From: Octopus vulgaris
Lineage: Eukaryota
Direction of reading: 5' to 3'
Assembly (NCBI GenBank): GCA_951406725.2
Contig: OX597814.1
Span: 74,958,001 to 75,022,000 of the forward strand
Length of the DNA stretch: 64,000 nt
This document shows positions 52,295 through 64,000 of the stretch, piece after piece. The notes under the pieces are model-generated. The model was not told the origin of the DNA, ran no database searches, and saw only the letters and a list, made by a program, of their open reading frames with translations. Numbering within the stretch: position 1 is the stretch's first letter; each line of letters opens with the position of its first letter. The position numbers were made by a program, and so were the translations under genes.

Positions 52295-54622
52295 ATGGAG
52301 TTATTGAATATTAACGCATCTCTTAAGGACATTCCTATTCCACCTAAGAATGTTTTCCTTAAACAACTTGTCAATAAGATTAATTCATTCATCAACCGAA
52401 TAAGATGGCTTACCTTTTTCTTTGACAAAAATGACACTCAACAACACACTAATGATAAAACATCTGAGTTCAGCAAGTTATTTAAATCTAAAAATAGTCC
52501 GCCGCCTAACCCAAGGTTGAAGCAATTTGAAGATGATCTCTGGTCCATTGTGAGAAATGTAAAATTTCAACGGTCACCACTAAGAAATAAACATCTGAGG
52601 TATCTTCGCAACATCACCAAAGAAATCAATTCTATGGATACTATGTTGGTTCAATCTGATAAGACTGGAAATCTGTACAAACTTTATAAAGACTATTATT
52701 TGGAATTACTTGAAAAAGAAATTCAGAAAAAGTATAAAATTGCTGATAAAAGAATACTTAAGAAAGCCAACATCGAGGCTATGAAAATCATGGAGAAATA
52801 TAACCTACAAATGAAGACAGAACCACTTGTTCCTAAGCAACCTAGGTTTATTTTGAAGGATCAGAAACCAAATTTTTTTACTAACCCATCATTAAGGCTT
52901 ATCTGCCCTTCTAGCTCTGACATCGGTATCCTTAGTAAAAATATACTAGATAAATATATTCCTAATCTAATCAAAACATTAAAACTTAGTTTATGGACTA
53001 ATTCATTTGACGTAGTTGACTGGTTTAGGTCTATTAACAGTAAGGTGAGTACGAAGTTTATCCAGTTTGATATTTCCAATTTTTATTCGTCTATTAATCC
53101 AATAGTACTTAATAAGGCACTTTGGCTTGCTCATAACAAAGCTGGTCTCACCCGAGAAGAAATTAATGTTGTGTTGGCAGCCAGAAGATCTATTATTAAA
53201 TTTGATGATAAGTTGTGGGTCCGTAAAGACACACCAGATAGTTTCGATATACCTATGGGAAGTTCTGATTCAGCACAGATAGCTGATTTGGTCTGTATAT
53301 ATATTCTTTTTGAAATGGCTGAAGAGTTCCCTAACATTTATGGAGGTCTATATCGTGATGATTGTTTACTTTACCTCCAAAATGTTTCTAACCAAAAGGT
53401 ACAAAAAGTTAAGAACAGTTTAGTTAATTTTTTCAGTAGAATGGGCTTAAAAATCGTTTTTGATGACGATCTGACGAAGGCCAACTTTTTAGATATTACG
53501 CTTAATTTACACAGTGACTCTTACTTCCCATATCATAAACCGTTGACCAATCTTAAGTACATTAGCAAATTTAGTAATCATCCTGGAGCAATTACTAAGA
53601 ATTTAGTTAAGAATATTTCATTTAGATTATCTAAATTATCTGCTAATGTTGATATTTTCAATAATAACGCTGAATTCTATAACTCTGCCTTAATCAAAGC
53701 AGGTTATACAGAAAAAATTTTCTACATTGATTCTGCTCAGTCTAATTGTAAATTCAATAATGTAGATAAGATTTCTAGTCGTAAAAGAATTATTGATAAC
53801 AAACATAACTTACGCACCGATACAAAGCGAATGAAGGCAGATAACCCTTATTTATTCCCCTATTACCGATCTAAAAGTAAATATAACACCTTCAAAAGTA
53901 ATTACGCTATGAATACTAGTAAAAATATTTGGTTAATAATTCCTTACGGGAGACAAATTAAATCTAATCTCCCACTGCTGTTTCGTCAAGCTATTGCTAG
54001 GAATTTTCCAAATAATTCTAGATATTACTCTATAATTAATTCACATAAAGTTAGGATAGGTTTTTCAAACACAAAAAATCTCTTGCAAATTATATCTTCT
54101 CATAATAACAAACTGTTAAATATTAATACATTTACTAATACTAACATTAATTTAGCTACTACCATCCAACCCTCTAGAAATATTAATAACAAGGTTATTG
54201 TATCTGAAGTCAATCCCAATAGAATTAAATTTATGTCAAGTAACTCTAAGATTAAAAATTCTATATACCAGTGTATAATCAGTACTCGTAATAAAGTACA
54301 ATTTTACATTGGAAGCACATCGTTAGAGTTATCTAAGAGAATTTCTATCCATTACTCAACATTTAGGGATAGAAATAAACGGAATAGTACCGGTCTCAGC
54401 AAACTGATTTGGAATTTAAAAGACCACAATGAACAATTTCATTTGGAATGGTTGATCCTCTCAATTTCGATACCATATGACAAAGGCAAGAAATTCTGTC
54501 TTCTCTGCAATTCTGAGCTATTTTTCATTATTTTTTCTAAAAATACTCTAGTAAACACGGTTATAGAACGAGCATACAGATGTAAGCATTGGCAAAAACA
54601 TACTTTTAGTGCATATAAGTAG
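52295..54622 (+). CDS. Intact Penelope-like element polyprotein: RT + C-terminal GIY-YIG endonuclease (Hydra-clade-like), 775 aa
   Basis: Uninterrupted ORF; SDKTGN, motif A FDISNFYSSI, B' PMGSSDSAQIADLV, C YRDD, NFLDITLNL, SNHP; EN SIY-x-YIGST, R...H, CLLCNSE, RCKH. Confidence 0.95.
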   Translation: MELLNINASLKDIPIPPKNVFLKQLVNKINSFINRIRWLTFFFDKNDTQQHTNDKTSEFSKLFKSKNSPPPNPRLKQFEDDLWSIVRNVKFQRSPLRNKHLRYLRNITKEINSMDTMLVQSDKTGNLYKLYKDYYLELLEKEIQKKYKIADKRILKKANIEAMKIMEKYNLQMKTEPLVPKQPRFILKDQKPNFFTNPSLRLICPSSSDIGILSKNILDKYIPNLIKTLKLSLWTNSFDVVDWFRSINSKVSTKFIQFDISNFYSSINPIVLNKALWLAHNKAGLTREEINVVLAARRSIIKFDDKLWVRKDTPDSFDIPMGSSDSAQIADLVCIYILFEMAEEFPNIYGGLYRDDCLLYLQNVSNQKVQKVKNSLVNFFSRMGLKIVFDDDLTKANFLDITLNLHSDSYFPYHKPLTNLKYISKFSNHPGAITKNLVKNISFRLSKLSANVDIFNNNAEFYNSALIKAGYTEKIFYIDSAQSNCKFNNVDKISSRKRIIDNKHNLRTDTKRMKADNPYLFPYYRSKSKYNTFKSNYAMNTSKNIWLIIPYGRQIKSNLPLLFRQAIARNFPNNSRYYSIINSHKVRIGFSNTKNLLQIISSHNNKLLNINTFTNTNINLATTIQPSRNINNKVIVSEVNPNRIKFMSSNSKIKNSIYQCIISTRNKVQFYIGSTSLELSKRISIHYSTFRDRNKRNSTGLSKLIWNLKDHNEQFHLEWLILSISIPYDKGKKFCLLCNSELFFIIFSKNTLVNTVIERAYRCKHWQKHTFSAYK

Positions 54623-54823
54623 TCTCTATCATTATATATAGTTTAGACTTTAATTTCCTTTATATTTAACATTCACTATTAATATCCCTACTCTTTCTGT
54701 TAGCTACTTATGACGTTATATCATATAACGTTTTTTTAAACAATATTAATAGCGTTCTGTCTATCGCTATACGAATCCATCATTTTTTGCTAAAATGTCG
54801 TATTGACAAGTTTCGTTTTTTCC

Positions 54824-54908
54824 CTTTCCCGAAGAGAAGATTGCATTGTTTATACCTTTTAGTCTTTTGAATAAGTATCAGTGGAATTTTTGAAACATAT
54901 GTAGAAAG
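54824..54908 (+). ncRNA. Hammerhead ribozyme in the PLE 3' UTR / downstream pseudo-LTR
   Basis: Stem I CTTTC/GAAAG, core CCGAAGA (54829), long stem II, GAAA (54892), palindromic stem III CATATG, GUA triplet (predicted cut after 54903). Confidence 0.7.
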
Positions 54909-55096
54909 AAAAAATACTTGTTTAAACCTGCGTTAACTCCATTTTTTATTCCTATTATTCAAATATTCAACGTAAACACGAAGTTTCAACCTTTATAAAC
55001 AAGGAGTTACAACATCTTTACTTGTGAGATTTTTGCTGTCCTGGTAACTATTCATTCATTTATCCGTGTTAAATGTTAACAAGGTAAAATACACTC

Positions 55097-55103
<7 letters not shown>

Positions 55104-55184
<81 letters not shown>
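55104..55184. repeat. (TA)n microsatellite at the PLE 3' junction
   Basis: Perfect TA run directly after the pseudo-LTR end. Confidence 0.95.
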
Positions 55185-55191
<7 letters not shown>

Positions 55192-55404
55192 TGAGGCAGC
55201 TAGTTAGCAGAGTTTCACCTAAAAAGAAAACAATAAATATCATTAAATATGTCTGAGGATGTTAGAACACCTACGCTGCTAGAAATAAGAGATAAATGGC
55301 TCTACTGCTTCTGTCAGCGCACATATGATTCTAGACATATATACATACACATGCCAGCAGCGACCGTAGATGGCCGATCCATAAAAAGTTTTTGGGAGTA
55401 TACA

Positions 55405-55950
55405 TGTAACGATTAGTTCTTCGTTTTAGTTGAGGGTCACCAATTGTAACGGTTATGGTTAAGGTGTTGGTCGCCAGTGTAACGGTTTGCATTATGATCT
55501 ATGTTGGAGTTGACAGTTAGTGATTGCATCGTGTGTTGCTATTGCAGATGTGCAAGATAGAAGAACAGTGATCGAAGTTGTAAAGAAAGATATATAGTTA
55601 CTGTAACTTTATATAATGCCATGCCTCGATGGACAGGTAATATATTCGTAAAGATGCGAAGCAAAGATAGTTGTCGTAGATTTTCCTTATATAGTTTGTG
55701 TTTGTGTTCTCGTCATAGTGTAGTAGTAAACTACAGATAGATATGTAGTAAAGTTCTAGAGAAAAGAAAGTGAGCTAGTGACAGTGAGAGAGTCGAGGGA
55801 AGTTGTGTCTCATAGTCGTTGATTGTAACTTTCTTTTTCCTTCTGGCCGTTTGATCTCAAGTGGCTGCCTGCTTGTGGCCATGACTCTAGTTGTCCGTTC
55901 ACTAACTTCTTTTATTCGGCACACAGGCCATGACACAAAGGGAACAGCAC
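55405..55950 (-). mobile_element. Candidate LTR remnant with repeated LTR-end/PBS motifs
   Basis: Minus strand has CGTTACA three times, two followed by TGGCGACC or TGGTGACC. Confidence 0.45.
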
Positions 55951-55951
55951 A

Positions 55952-58900
55952 TTGCTCGTGACCTCGCTCCAGTTTTTCTCCATCTGGAGATCTGGTCCAA
56001 ACCAGACCACAAGCAATTTAACCGGGCCCTCCGTCCAACGACGCTGTTGGGAGGCATCGCCTTCCCGATTCCAGGTGCCGAGTTGCAAGCCGACTGATTT
56101 TTCCTGGTTAATTTTTGCTCCTGCTACCGCTTCGTATCCTTTGATGGCGTCTTATACACGAGGTAGCTGCTTTCATCAGACACGATGATGGTGACATCAT
56201 CCCAATATACAGCCGCTCTCCTACCGTAACATAGATCAGGCGGGTCACCCCCACCCCGTGTACTCCAACCTCCGCAGCAATGGCTCAAGAGCCAAAACAT
56301 ACAGAAGAGGGGACAGGGGGAAGCCCTGGTGAACTGAACGTTCGCTCGCGAACAGCCTCGAGAAGAAACTGTTTATCCGGCCGATTGAATCGATGTCGCT
56401 ATACATAGCATTGATCCATCCACGGAAAGTCGGGCCCAGTCCGACCGCCGCCAGATACCGATGGTTAACTCTATCGAATGCTTTAGACTGGTCTAAATTC
56501 ACCAGTGCCCCACCTTTGCCAGAAATTTTACCCACCCGCTCTATAGTGTAGCGTATGAGGTGAAGGTTGTCGTGTATTGTCCTGCCTGGAATGGCACATG
56601 TCTGTGCCTCTCTCACCAGGACGCCCACGACAAGCCTCACTCTCTTAGCTAACACCTTGGCCAAAATCTTTAACTCTGTTTAGCAGAATTATGGGCCTAA
56701 AGTTATTAGTGTTATTCCCCTTGTTTGGGTCCTTCCTGATCAGTGTCACTACTCCCCGACTCACAGATTTGGGAATTCTCCTGTTCTGCTGCCGGTTTAC
56801 GTATATACCGGCCAGTATGTTCCCGAACAATTCGTAAGGAAGACCATTCAATCCCGGCGACTTGTCCCCGGGGCAGTCGGAAAGCACTTCTATGACCTCC
56901 ACAGCTGTGATCATCCCTTCATAGCGCTCCGCCTCGCGTGCCGAGAGACATGGGCCGTCGGCCAGAAAATCCCGAAGGGCATCCCCATGGTCCAGCGTCC
57001 CGCTCCTCCCGAACAACGCAGTGAAATGCTCCTGAAAGGCCTTCTTGTCCATCGATCTCCTGTCCTTGTTCATTTACCACAGACCTCATCGTAGCATCTA
57101 CGCCACGTTGAGTTTCTACAGAGCGAGCCCACCCGGTAACGTTGATACCTTCGCGACCCAATGCACGTACTTCAGCCCGGACCCTGCAACTTTCGTGTTT
57201 GGAATTGAGGTGTCGGTCGAAGGCCGATCTCGCCGCCAAAACTTGAGGTGCAGAGCCCACTCTCAACGCCTCTTCTAACGCCTTAACTAGAGACTCTTCT
57301 ACTCTAGCCTGCACTATACTTAACTGTTTGCTAAATCTAATAGACTCAAGTCGAATAGCTCTTTTGAGGCTACCCCACCACCGGTTATTCAACACGGTAC
57401 CAGTGAGTGCCCTCATGACTAATTCCTTAATCTGGTTACGGTATGTTTCGCAAGCCAAAAGGGTCTTGTTCAACTTCTAGTAACCAGATCCCTGTCTATG
57501 GACTCGGATTCTCGAGTCTGAATCTATCTGCCAGCCTATATCACTTCAGCAGATCGATGAGGCGTGAGTTACTTTTCCTATCGGTCGGGCCAACGCTGTC
57601 CAGGCGTGCATCCAGAACAGCGTTAAAGTCTCCTAACATTACTATCGTCCTTGGCGTCACAAGAAAATCCTCCAGGCATCGATAGAACTCATTCCGTTTG
57701 CCCTTTGTGCAAGGCGCGTAAATACCTACCAACCTGAAGGTCTTACCACTGAAAGTCAGATCCAGAATGACCGAATCACCTTCTGGGTCGACAAAGACTG
57801 CGAGTGTCTGTAGAGCCAAGCCTTTTCGGATCAAAACCTCAACACCACTCCCTCCCCCTGTCCAACTAGGAGATATGATTTTCTCATAGTCTTTCAGGAG
57901 GTTTTTGAGAAGGCCTGCAGCTTGTCCAACTTGGTCTCTGTAGCAACCATATCAATTTTAAGTGACCTGAGGTCGTCGAGGAAACAGGCTTGCTTCCACT
58001 TCGAACTCAGGCCACGCACATTTAGACAACCTACACGTAGCGTAGCCATGACAAAAACAGGAAAAGAAGGAAATCTACTTACATTTTAGCCTAGGGGAAT
58101 CATCCTCAGCACTGGTGCGGCTAGGATTTTCCCCTTTATTTCTTCCATGGGCGGTTTTTCCGGTAGGTCGAACACTTTTGGTAAGTCTTTTAGCTCGATA
58201 ATTTCTTTAGGAAATCTGTTCTTGAAGTCCTTGTAAAGTACTTTAGGGATCGTCGCAATGCTGTTCGGATTTTTACTGTTACTCGTTAGGTATATTTTGC
58301 TTTGTAAATGGGGTTTAATTACCCCCGTCATTGAGTTTACCACTGTGGTCATTTCTTTTTTGGGCTTGGGTTTGTATATTTTTATCGATATAAATGTTTT
58401 GTCTTTGTGTTTTTTATTTTCCTTCCGGGTTATTTTTTTTTCTTTCTTTGGTTTTCGGAGCCGCCTCTTAAGTAGGCGACTCCACTGCTTTTTTTTATTT
58501 TTCGCGACACTGTCTCGAAGTCCATTCCTTCTGCTGACGGTGTCACTTCGACTGGTTTTACGATTTGTTCTGATTCAGTGGCTGCCCTCTGCATAACAGC
58601 CTCCGTGACTGAGGGCACCTCCTCTTCTACATTTTCTTCTTGTTCCTTCTCCTGTGCTTGTTCCTTCTGCTGTGCTTTTTCCTGTTGGGGGCAATTCGAC
58701 CTCAGGTGCCCCATTTTTCTGCATTTGAAGCACCTGGGCTTCCTCCCCTCTACATGCACAGCTAATATGGTGTCTTTGCCAATGCATATCTTTTCTGGGT
58801 TTTTTTTCCAGGTCCATTGTTGTTGCCTGGGCCAAGATCTCCAGAGTTTGCCCTCGCCAGTTTTGTGGGGCGTCTCTAGAGACCTGTATTATATTTATTT

Positions 58901-59440
58901 TCTCCTCCCTCCCGTATAGTAGGGTGGCAATTATCCACGCAATCTCAGTCCCCGGTGAGATATTTTAAATCTTAATCCGGAACGTTCTACGTCCCAGATA
59001 TAGTGGTAGCAACATAATGCTACCACTTTGCAAGGTTCGAGTTCTTTTGCCTTCTCGGCTGATTGAAATCTCGCTTCCACAGTCGCAAATTTAGTAAGTA
59101 CCTCGGGTCAGGTATTATATCCGGCCTAACACTGGCCCGAGGGACTTTTCTACGGTACTTTCTTCGAAGTATTCAAATTTATTGTTCTCACAATCGTATG
59201 TTTTATAAATAATTGTGCTTTCCTTTGTGCGATTCAAAATCACGCTACGGGGCGTAATTCGGCTTTCGCCATTTTCTTCCTATATCATCCCGTACAAGGC
59301 CTGTATTTCCTCTTTTTTGAAGGTTATATTTTCTTTTCCCTCCACAACGGAGGCGAAATTTCTTCAACTGAAGACATTTTCACTCTTTTTTTTAAACACA
59401 CAATATTGTTGCGAAAACAATGGCAAAGCTCGTTCCAAAT
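55952..59440 (-). mobile_element. Degenerate Tx1-like (L1 group) LINE: ORF1 ~59377-58086, ORF2 58049-~55952, 3' end lost
   Basis: ORF1 zinc knuckle CFKCRKMGHLRSNC; ORF2 MATLRVGCLNVRGL, IYAP, LGDFNAVLD (APE), KSPGLNGLPYE, NFRPIILLN, QTCAIPGRTIHDNL, LDQSKAFDRVNH, VHQGFPLSPLLY, decayed YADD. Confidence 0.9.
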
Positions 59441-59484
59441 GGAACAAACACAGTTCGTAAATAATACAAACAATTCCTTCCTCC

Positions 59485-60275
59485 GTGGGGGAAGGGTATC
59501 TTTTTTTTTCTTTACAAATGTAAATAAACCCAATCTGTTTCTTAAACGAGGGATATATTCATACGGCACAGAATGTTGTTTACCTCAATGGACGTTAGTG
59601 ATTGGTTGAAATTGCAGAAATTGAAGAAAAAAACAACAAATATCTTACAAACTATAGAATTTTACTTGCAGCCAGTCACATACCCGGACGAGAATCCGTT
59701 GTCTCTGATATAGGTAAAAGCGAAAATTGGAAAAAAGATGAAAAGGCCGAAATGTATCTGGGGTTCTCGTTGGCTGTTGCTGCTGGGACAAATTTTCTTC
59801 TCCCTTCGATATCTATTGTTTTTAATTGATCACATCCATAAGAGATGCTATCATAGGATAAATTCCTCAATAACTGGATAACTGTCCTATCGACAGTGTG
59901 TATACATTAAAAATGAAAAATGAAGCGCGAACGATTACGGTGGTGCCATGAAGTAAACATGCTTCAGATACACTCGTTTATTCATACAAACGTAACTGAG
60001 ATGAAATATGTCATAAATAACAGTGACAAACGAAATATACACCACCGGAACTTGTTGACAAACAACAGCAGCAATTTTATTTAGTTGAATACACGTCATT
60101 GATTGGTTGAAATTACCGAAATACAACTTTAACAAGAAATAACTTCCAAAATACTGAATTTTTTCAACAACGCCAAGAGTAAAAGATGTTTTATGTGACA
60201 CATTCTACAAGTATACGAAGTTTGAAAGTGTTTAGTTACAAAAAATTATTTTTAAAAAATCTGTCGGTCAAAAGC
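59485..60275. mobile_element. Two right-arm fragments of the foldback family with intervening unique sequence
   Basis: 59485-59662 matches ~44935-45110; 60090-60275 resembles ~45035-45220. Confidence 0.7.
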
Positions 60276-60949
60276 TTTATATGTTCATCTGGTGTTCTAG
60301 CTAGCGGCTGCTAGGACAACTTTTCCTGTATCCCTGATATTTATTGTATTTTTAACACAGCATGTCTATGAGATGTTATCTCGGGACATATACTGCAGTA
60401 ACTAGCCATATTCCTCGTATGTATACACGAGGTATGATACATTGCTCTTTCCTTCCTTCTCTCTCTTAGCCATCGGACATCCAAGACTTCGAAGTCATTA
60501 TCAACTCTATTCTTGTAAAAGAAGTGTGTGTGTTGTAAAGTCGAGTATGTGCGTAACAATGGCCTCTTGTATAAGACAGAAAGGATTACATAGAAACAAC
60601 GCGCTACATTCGCTATATTACATAGTTGACTTCTCAGTCAATTAACTGAATTAATTACCGTTCTGTAGCGTATTTTACAGACAAAACAACGCACCTTAGA
60701 ATTTTTATTGATATTCATAAATACCAGCATGCTTCACCATCATTCTTTTTTTTTTTTAATGAAGGTCATTGCTTGCGTGCACACTCGACAGCTCTACCTC
60801 TATATGTATGTATATCTGTATGCACCTATGTATCTATATATGCACAAAGACAGACACACACACGTATAATACGATACAACACACGGCATATACTAGGTAT
60901 GATTCAGTATCACAATGTTTTTGGGAGTTCAGTAAAACATAAAAAAATA

Positions 60950-62720
60950 TAATTTTATCAGATGCCCTGCGGTCAAAAATGTTTACGCTGGGTTCCAAGT
61001 ATTTTCAAAATAGTAAAGGACCATTTATTCCCAAACAAACCCGATCAATGAATGATAGTTAGTTTAGAAATAGGTGTGGAAAAGTTTGATGCTCATGGCT
61101 TGTTTATTCTTTAAAAAATAGAAGCCTTCGGTTTTCTTTTGTTGTTTGCTATTTTCATGAAATACCAATCAGTCTTCATTGGAAGAAGAAAATACATCAG
61201 ATCACCGGAAAGCACTAGAAAGGCCTAGTGCCCATGTAAAGCAGAAATTAAAAAAAAAATTGCGACTGCTTCATCCAATGATAAGAAAACTTTTTTAAAA
61301 AATTAGGAATCGTTAACATTAGAATTTCAAGCTCAAATTGCATCAGTAACAAAAATGATGAAACGTTCTCAATACAATCCTTCATTGCATAATTTTTTCA
61401 GTAACTCAAACCCTTACATTGCATGCTCAAGGAAATCTATAGAAAGGAAGAAGAGAACAATTTTTTATTATTATTAAGATTGTAATGCTATTTCTGACCA
61501 GGACATAGCATAACAACAGCGTGGAAAAGAAACCTGGTAAAATATATTTATTTCCATTAGTGCAGAATTAATGTATTTTACAGTTCGCCAGAAATTGCTA
61601 TAGAACATTCATAAAACCACCTATTTTGGCCTTTTGTTTGATTCTACTTCAGATTAAGCACGTCGAGAGCAAATGGCAGAAACAATTTTTATAAAATACT
61701 CTTAGACTTCTCGAACTAAAACGAAATTATGCTCAAAGCATAATGAAAAGTAATTTGGGGACAATTTATATAAGACGAAATGTCATTAGAAAACTGTTCT
61801 CAATGCAATAACTATGTTGCAGTTAGGGACTGGTTATAAAAGAGGTGTTCAAAAGAGGATTAAAGAAAAAATTACGAGCTATTTTTTGTTAACTGCGTTA
61901 ATCATTCTCTCAATTTGGTTGGAGTGCGCGCTGTTAACGACAATGTGTTGATGGTAATATTTTCCGGGGCAATTCACTCGCTTTTTCTTTCTTTTTTCCT
62001 GCTCAACTATCCGTTAATAAAGGCTGAAAGATGATACCAAAGGTGTTAAAAGTGAAACTGATACTCAATGGAAATCCAGAACAGATTATAACCCAGTTCA
62101 TGAATAATAGCTTTCACAGGAGAACTTTCGCAAAGCAACAAAAGGCGATGCAAAGCTGATGAATAAATTTTAACCTTTAATTTCTTTATTTTGGATAGTT
62201 AGAATACTGAAAGCGAAAGATACCCATTAAGAAAGAAGACAAATGCCTACTGAAGAAGCCAAGGGTTAACAGAGGAAATTATAAGAAAATCGAAATAGAC
62301 TATTAAACTATTAATGGTCTCCATAAATGGAAGAAACATTTGTCCGTCCCCATGACTTGTATTAAGAATTTGGATTTCTGTCAAAAGCGAGAGGATTACT
62401 GTTTGATTGGGGAAGTTGCTTCAACTTTGAACAATTTTATAGTACTGATAGATTTGAGCTTTTTTTGTTCAGCGTGGAAATTCATTTTTTTTTTCCATAT
62501 TCAAGAATAGCTATTGAGAAAATGCACACTATTGCAATTTCTATTATCAGCTGTGAGCGATCTTTTAGCAAGTTGAAATTCATCATTACATTTGAGAGCT
62601 TCAGTGAACTTAAAAGATCTTTCGGCTTTAATGTTGGAAAATACAAATGTTGATGATATTATCAATGTGTTTGCATTGTTGAACGCTAAAAATTATATGT
62701 ATAGTTTAAAACTATATTCA
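60950..62720 (+). mobile_element. Degenerate hAT (Tip100/ZMYM1-like) transposase
   Basis: WLVYS, YFGLLFDSTSD..RREQM, GVQKRIKE, FVNCVNHSLNLVG, and dimerisation motif FP..RIA....TIAIS..SCERSFSKLK.I. Confidence 0.8.
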
Positions 62721-63316
62721 AAATTATTCATGAAAAAGAGGTGGAATCAGGGCATTTCTTTGTAAGATGAATATATAATTAGAAAATGATTTCATTTCAA
62801 TAAATGTTCACATTTTTGTATTGTTTTACTTGTACTAATAATTTCGGGGTTGTAATTGTTTGACAAGTCACTCGATCTGAGACCATGAATGAAAAGAAGC
62901 AATTATGCAGTGGGAGAACCCCCTTAGTCATCTAACAATAAAAAACTGTTACATTAACTTCTTTATTTCCTGAGGTATTATGCAATAAATGAAAAGTGAA
63001 GATAAGTTTTTGTGTGCATTAATAATTGTGTTGTGTGTATGTTTTATATATAACTACTTTTCTTTTAATCATAAAATAGTCTTGGTATAGATATATTTGT
63101 TATTCTAAATAACAAGTTATTACTGGTTTTATAGGCGTCATTTATTGATTTACCCTCTGTAGAGGTGTGTTCCTGTGTAGAAGTGGTGCAAGTAATTCCT
63201 AACAGAATATTTTTACCTTCTATAATGTGGTTTGCTTGTTTTATTGTGTGTAATGGTTGATTGTATTTGATGTTCTTTGGTGTCAGTGAATTTAGTTGGC
63301 ACTACTTTTAGTTTTA

Positions 63317-63587
63317 CAGTGGTGGACTGGTCACGTTGCCAGCTTACCCGATGTCAAGTTGACTCCTACGCCATTAGAATCCGTATATGGGGGCCCATCT
63401 CCTCAAGTTTGAGAATTTTAAAATTCACTTTTGGAAGAATGCATTAATTATTTCAACCTGGTTGTGTTTGTAGACAGTTGAAAAGAATACTTATAACAAA
63501 AAGAAAAATTAAATCATAGTATTGTAGTTGTGGGTGGGTCCCCTTAATCTCCTGGCGACCAGTATTTTGAGATCCAATCCGCCACTG
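63317..63587. mobile_element. hAT-like MITE
   Basis: TIRs CAGTGGTGGACTGG / CCAATCCGCCACTG; TSD not evident. Confidence 0.6.
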
Positions 63588-64000
63588 GGCATGTAGGTGG
63601 TTGATGTAAGGTTTCGAGTATGTATTAATATGTTGCGAAAATAATGAACTTATGTGGCTTCGCCATTCTTTCTTTTTGTAAACTCATGAGAAGCTGCAAC
63701 ATTTTCAATTTTCTCAAGAACATAAGCATCGTGAGAAAAAGGAATTGACTTCAACCGGTTTTTGCTCGCCATATTTTCAAAATAAGTAATCCTTCTGGCT
63801 GAGTATAAAGCCAATAAAGGACAGGTACAACTGACTGAATTGATCCAATATTTTGGATACTTAGTATTGATACTACAGCTAGACTTTCTGCCTAATCTAC
63901 ATCTTGAAGCAGTAATGGAAGATTTCAAGATTAGAGTCCTTCTTGAATGGAGAAAATTTAGTTCCCATGATGTTTGAGGAAAAGAAAAGATGTATCAGGA

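Larger units (their letters stand above)
50095..55107 (+). mobile_element. Penelope-like retroelement, compound insertion (inverted partial copy + pseudo-LTR + full unit) in (TA)n
   Basis: 50095-50938 = reverse complement of ~54110-54955; 50939-51459 = reverse complement of ~52912-53454; 51466-52244 = direct repeat of 54329-55107; TA tracts on both sides. Confidence 0.95.

Noticed and set aside
63650-64000. Minus-strand ORF with SHDAYVL, reminiscent of Harbinger transposase
   Set aside because: One short motif only, and truncated by the window edge.

Overview
AT-rich eukaryotic genomic DNA, almost certainly from a cephalopod (Octopus-like SINE, RTE and microsatellite content; inferred, not proven). 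I found no supportable host gene, rRNA, tRNA or CRISPR array; the window is a nest of transposable elements. Degenerate elements include RTE and Tx1 LINEs, a Gypsy LTR element, Chapaev3, mariner, Tc1/maT, piggyBac and hAT DNA transposons, three Helitrons, several SINE families and ~760-bp foldback elements carrying (TTAGGG)n. The outstanding feature is a very young Penelope-like retroelement (PLE) at 50.1-55.1 kb, inserted in a (TA)n tract. It has an intact 775-aa RT + C-terminal GIY-YIG ORF resembling the Hydra clade, and is arranged as an inverted, internally deleted copy, then a direct pseudo-LTR, then the full unit. Each of its three 3' repeats holds a predicted minimal hammerhead ribozyme with a variant core. 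Two further unrelated hammerheads lie at 49,994 and 21,148. A Helitron at 15.7-17.3 kb carries a captured ORF1 fragment homologous to the Tx1 LINE at 56-59 kb.
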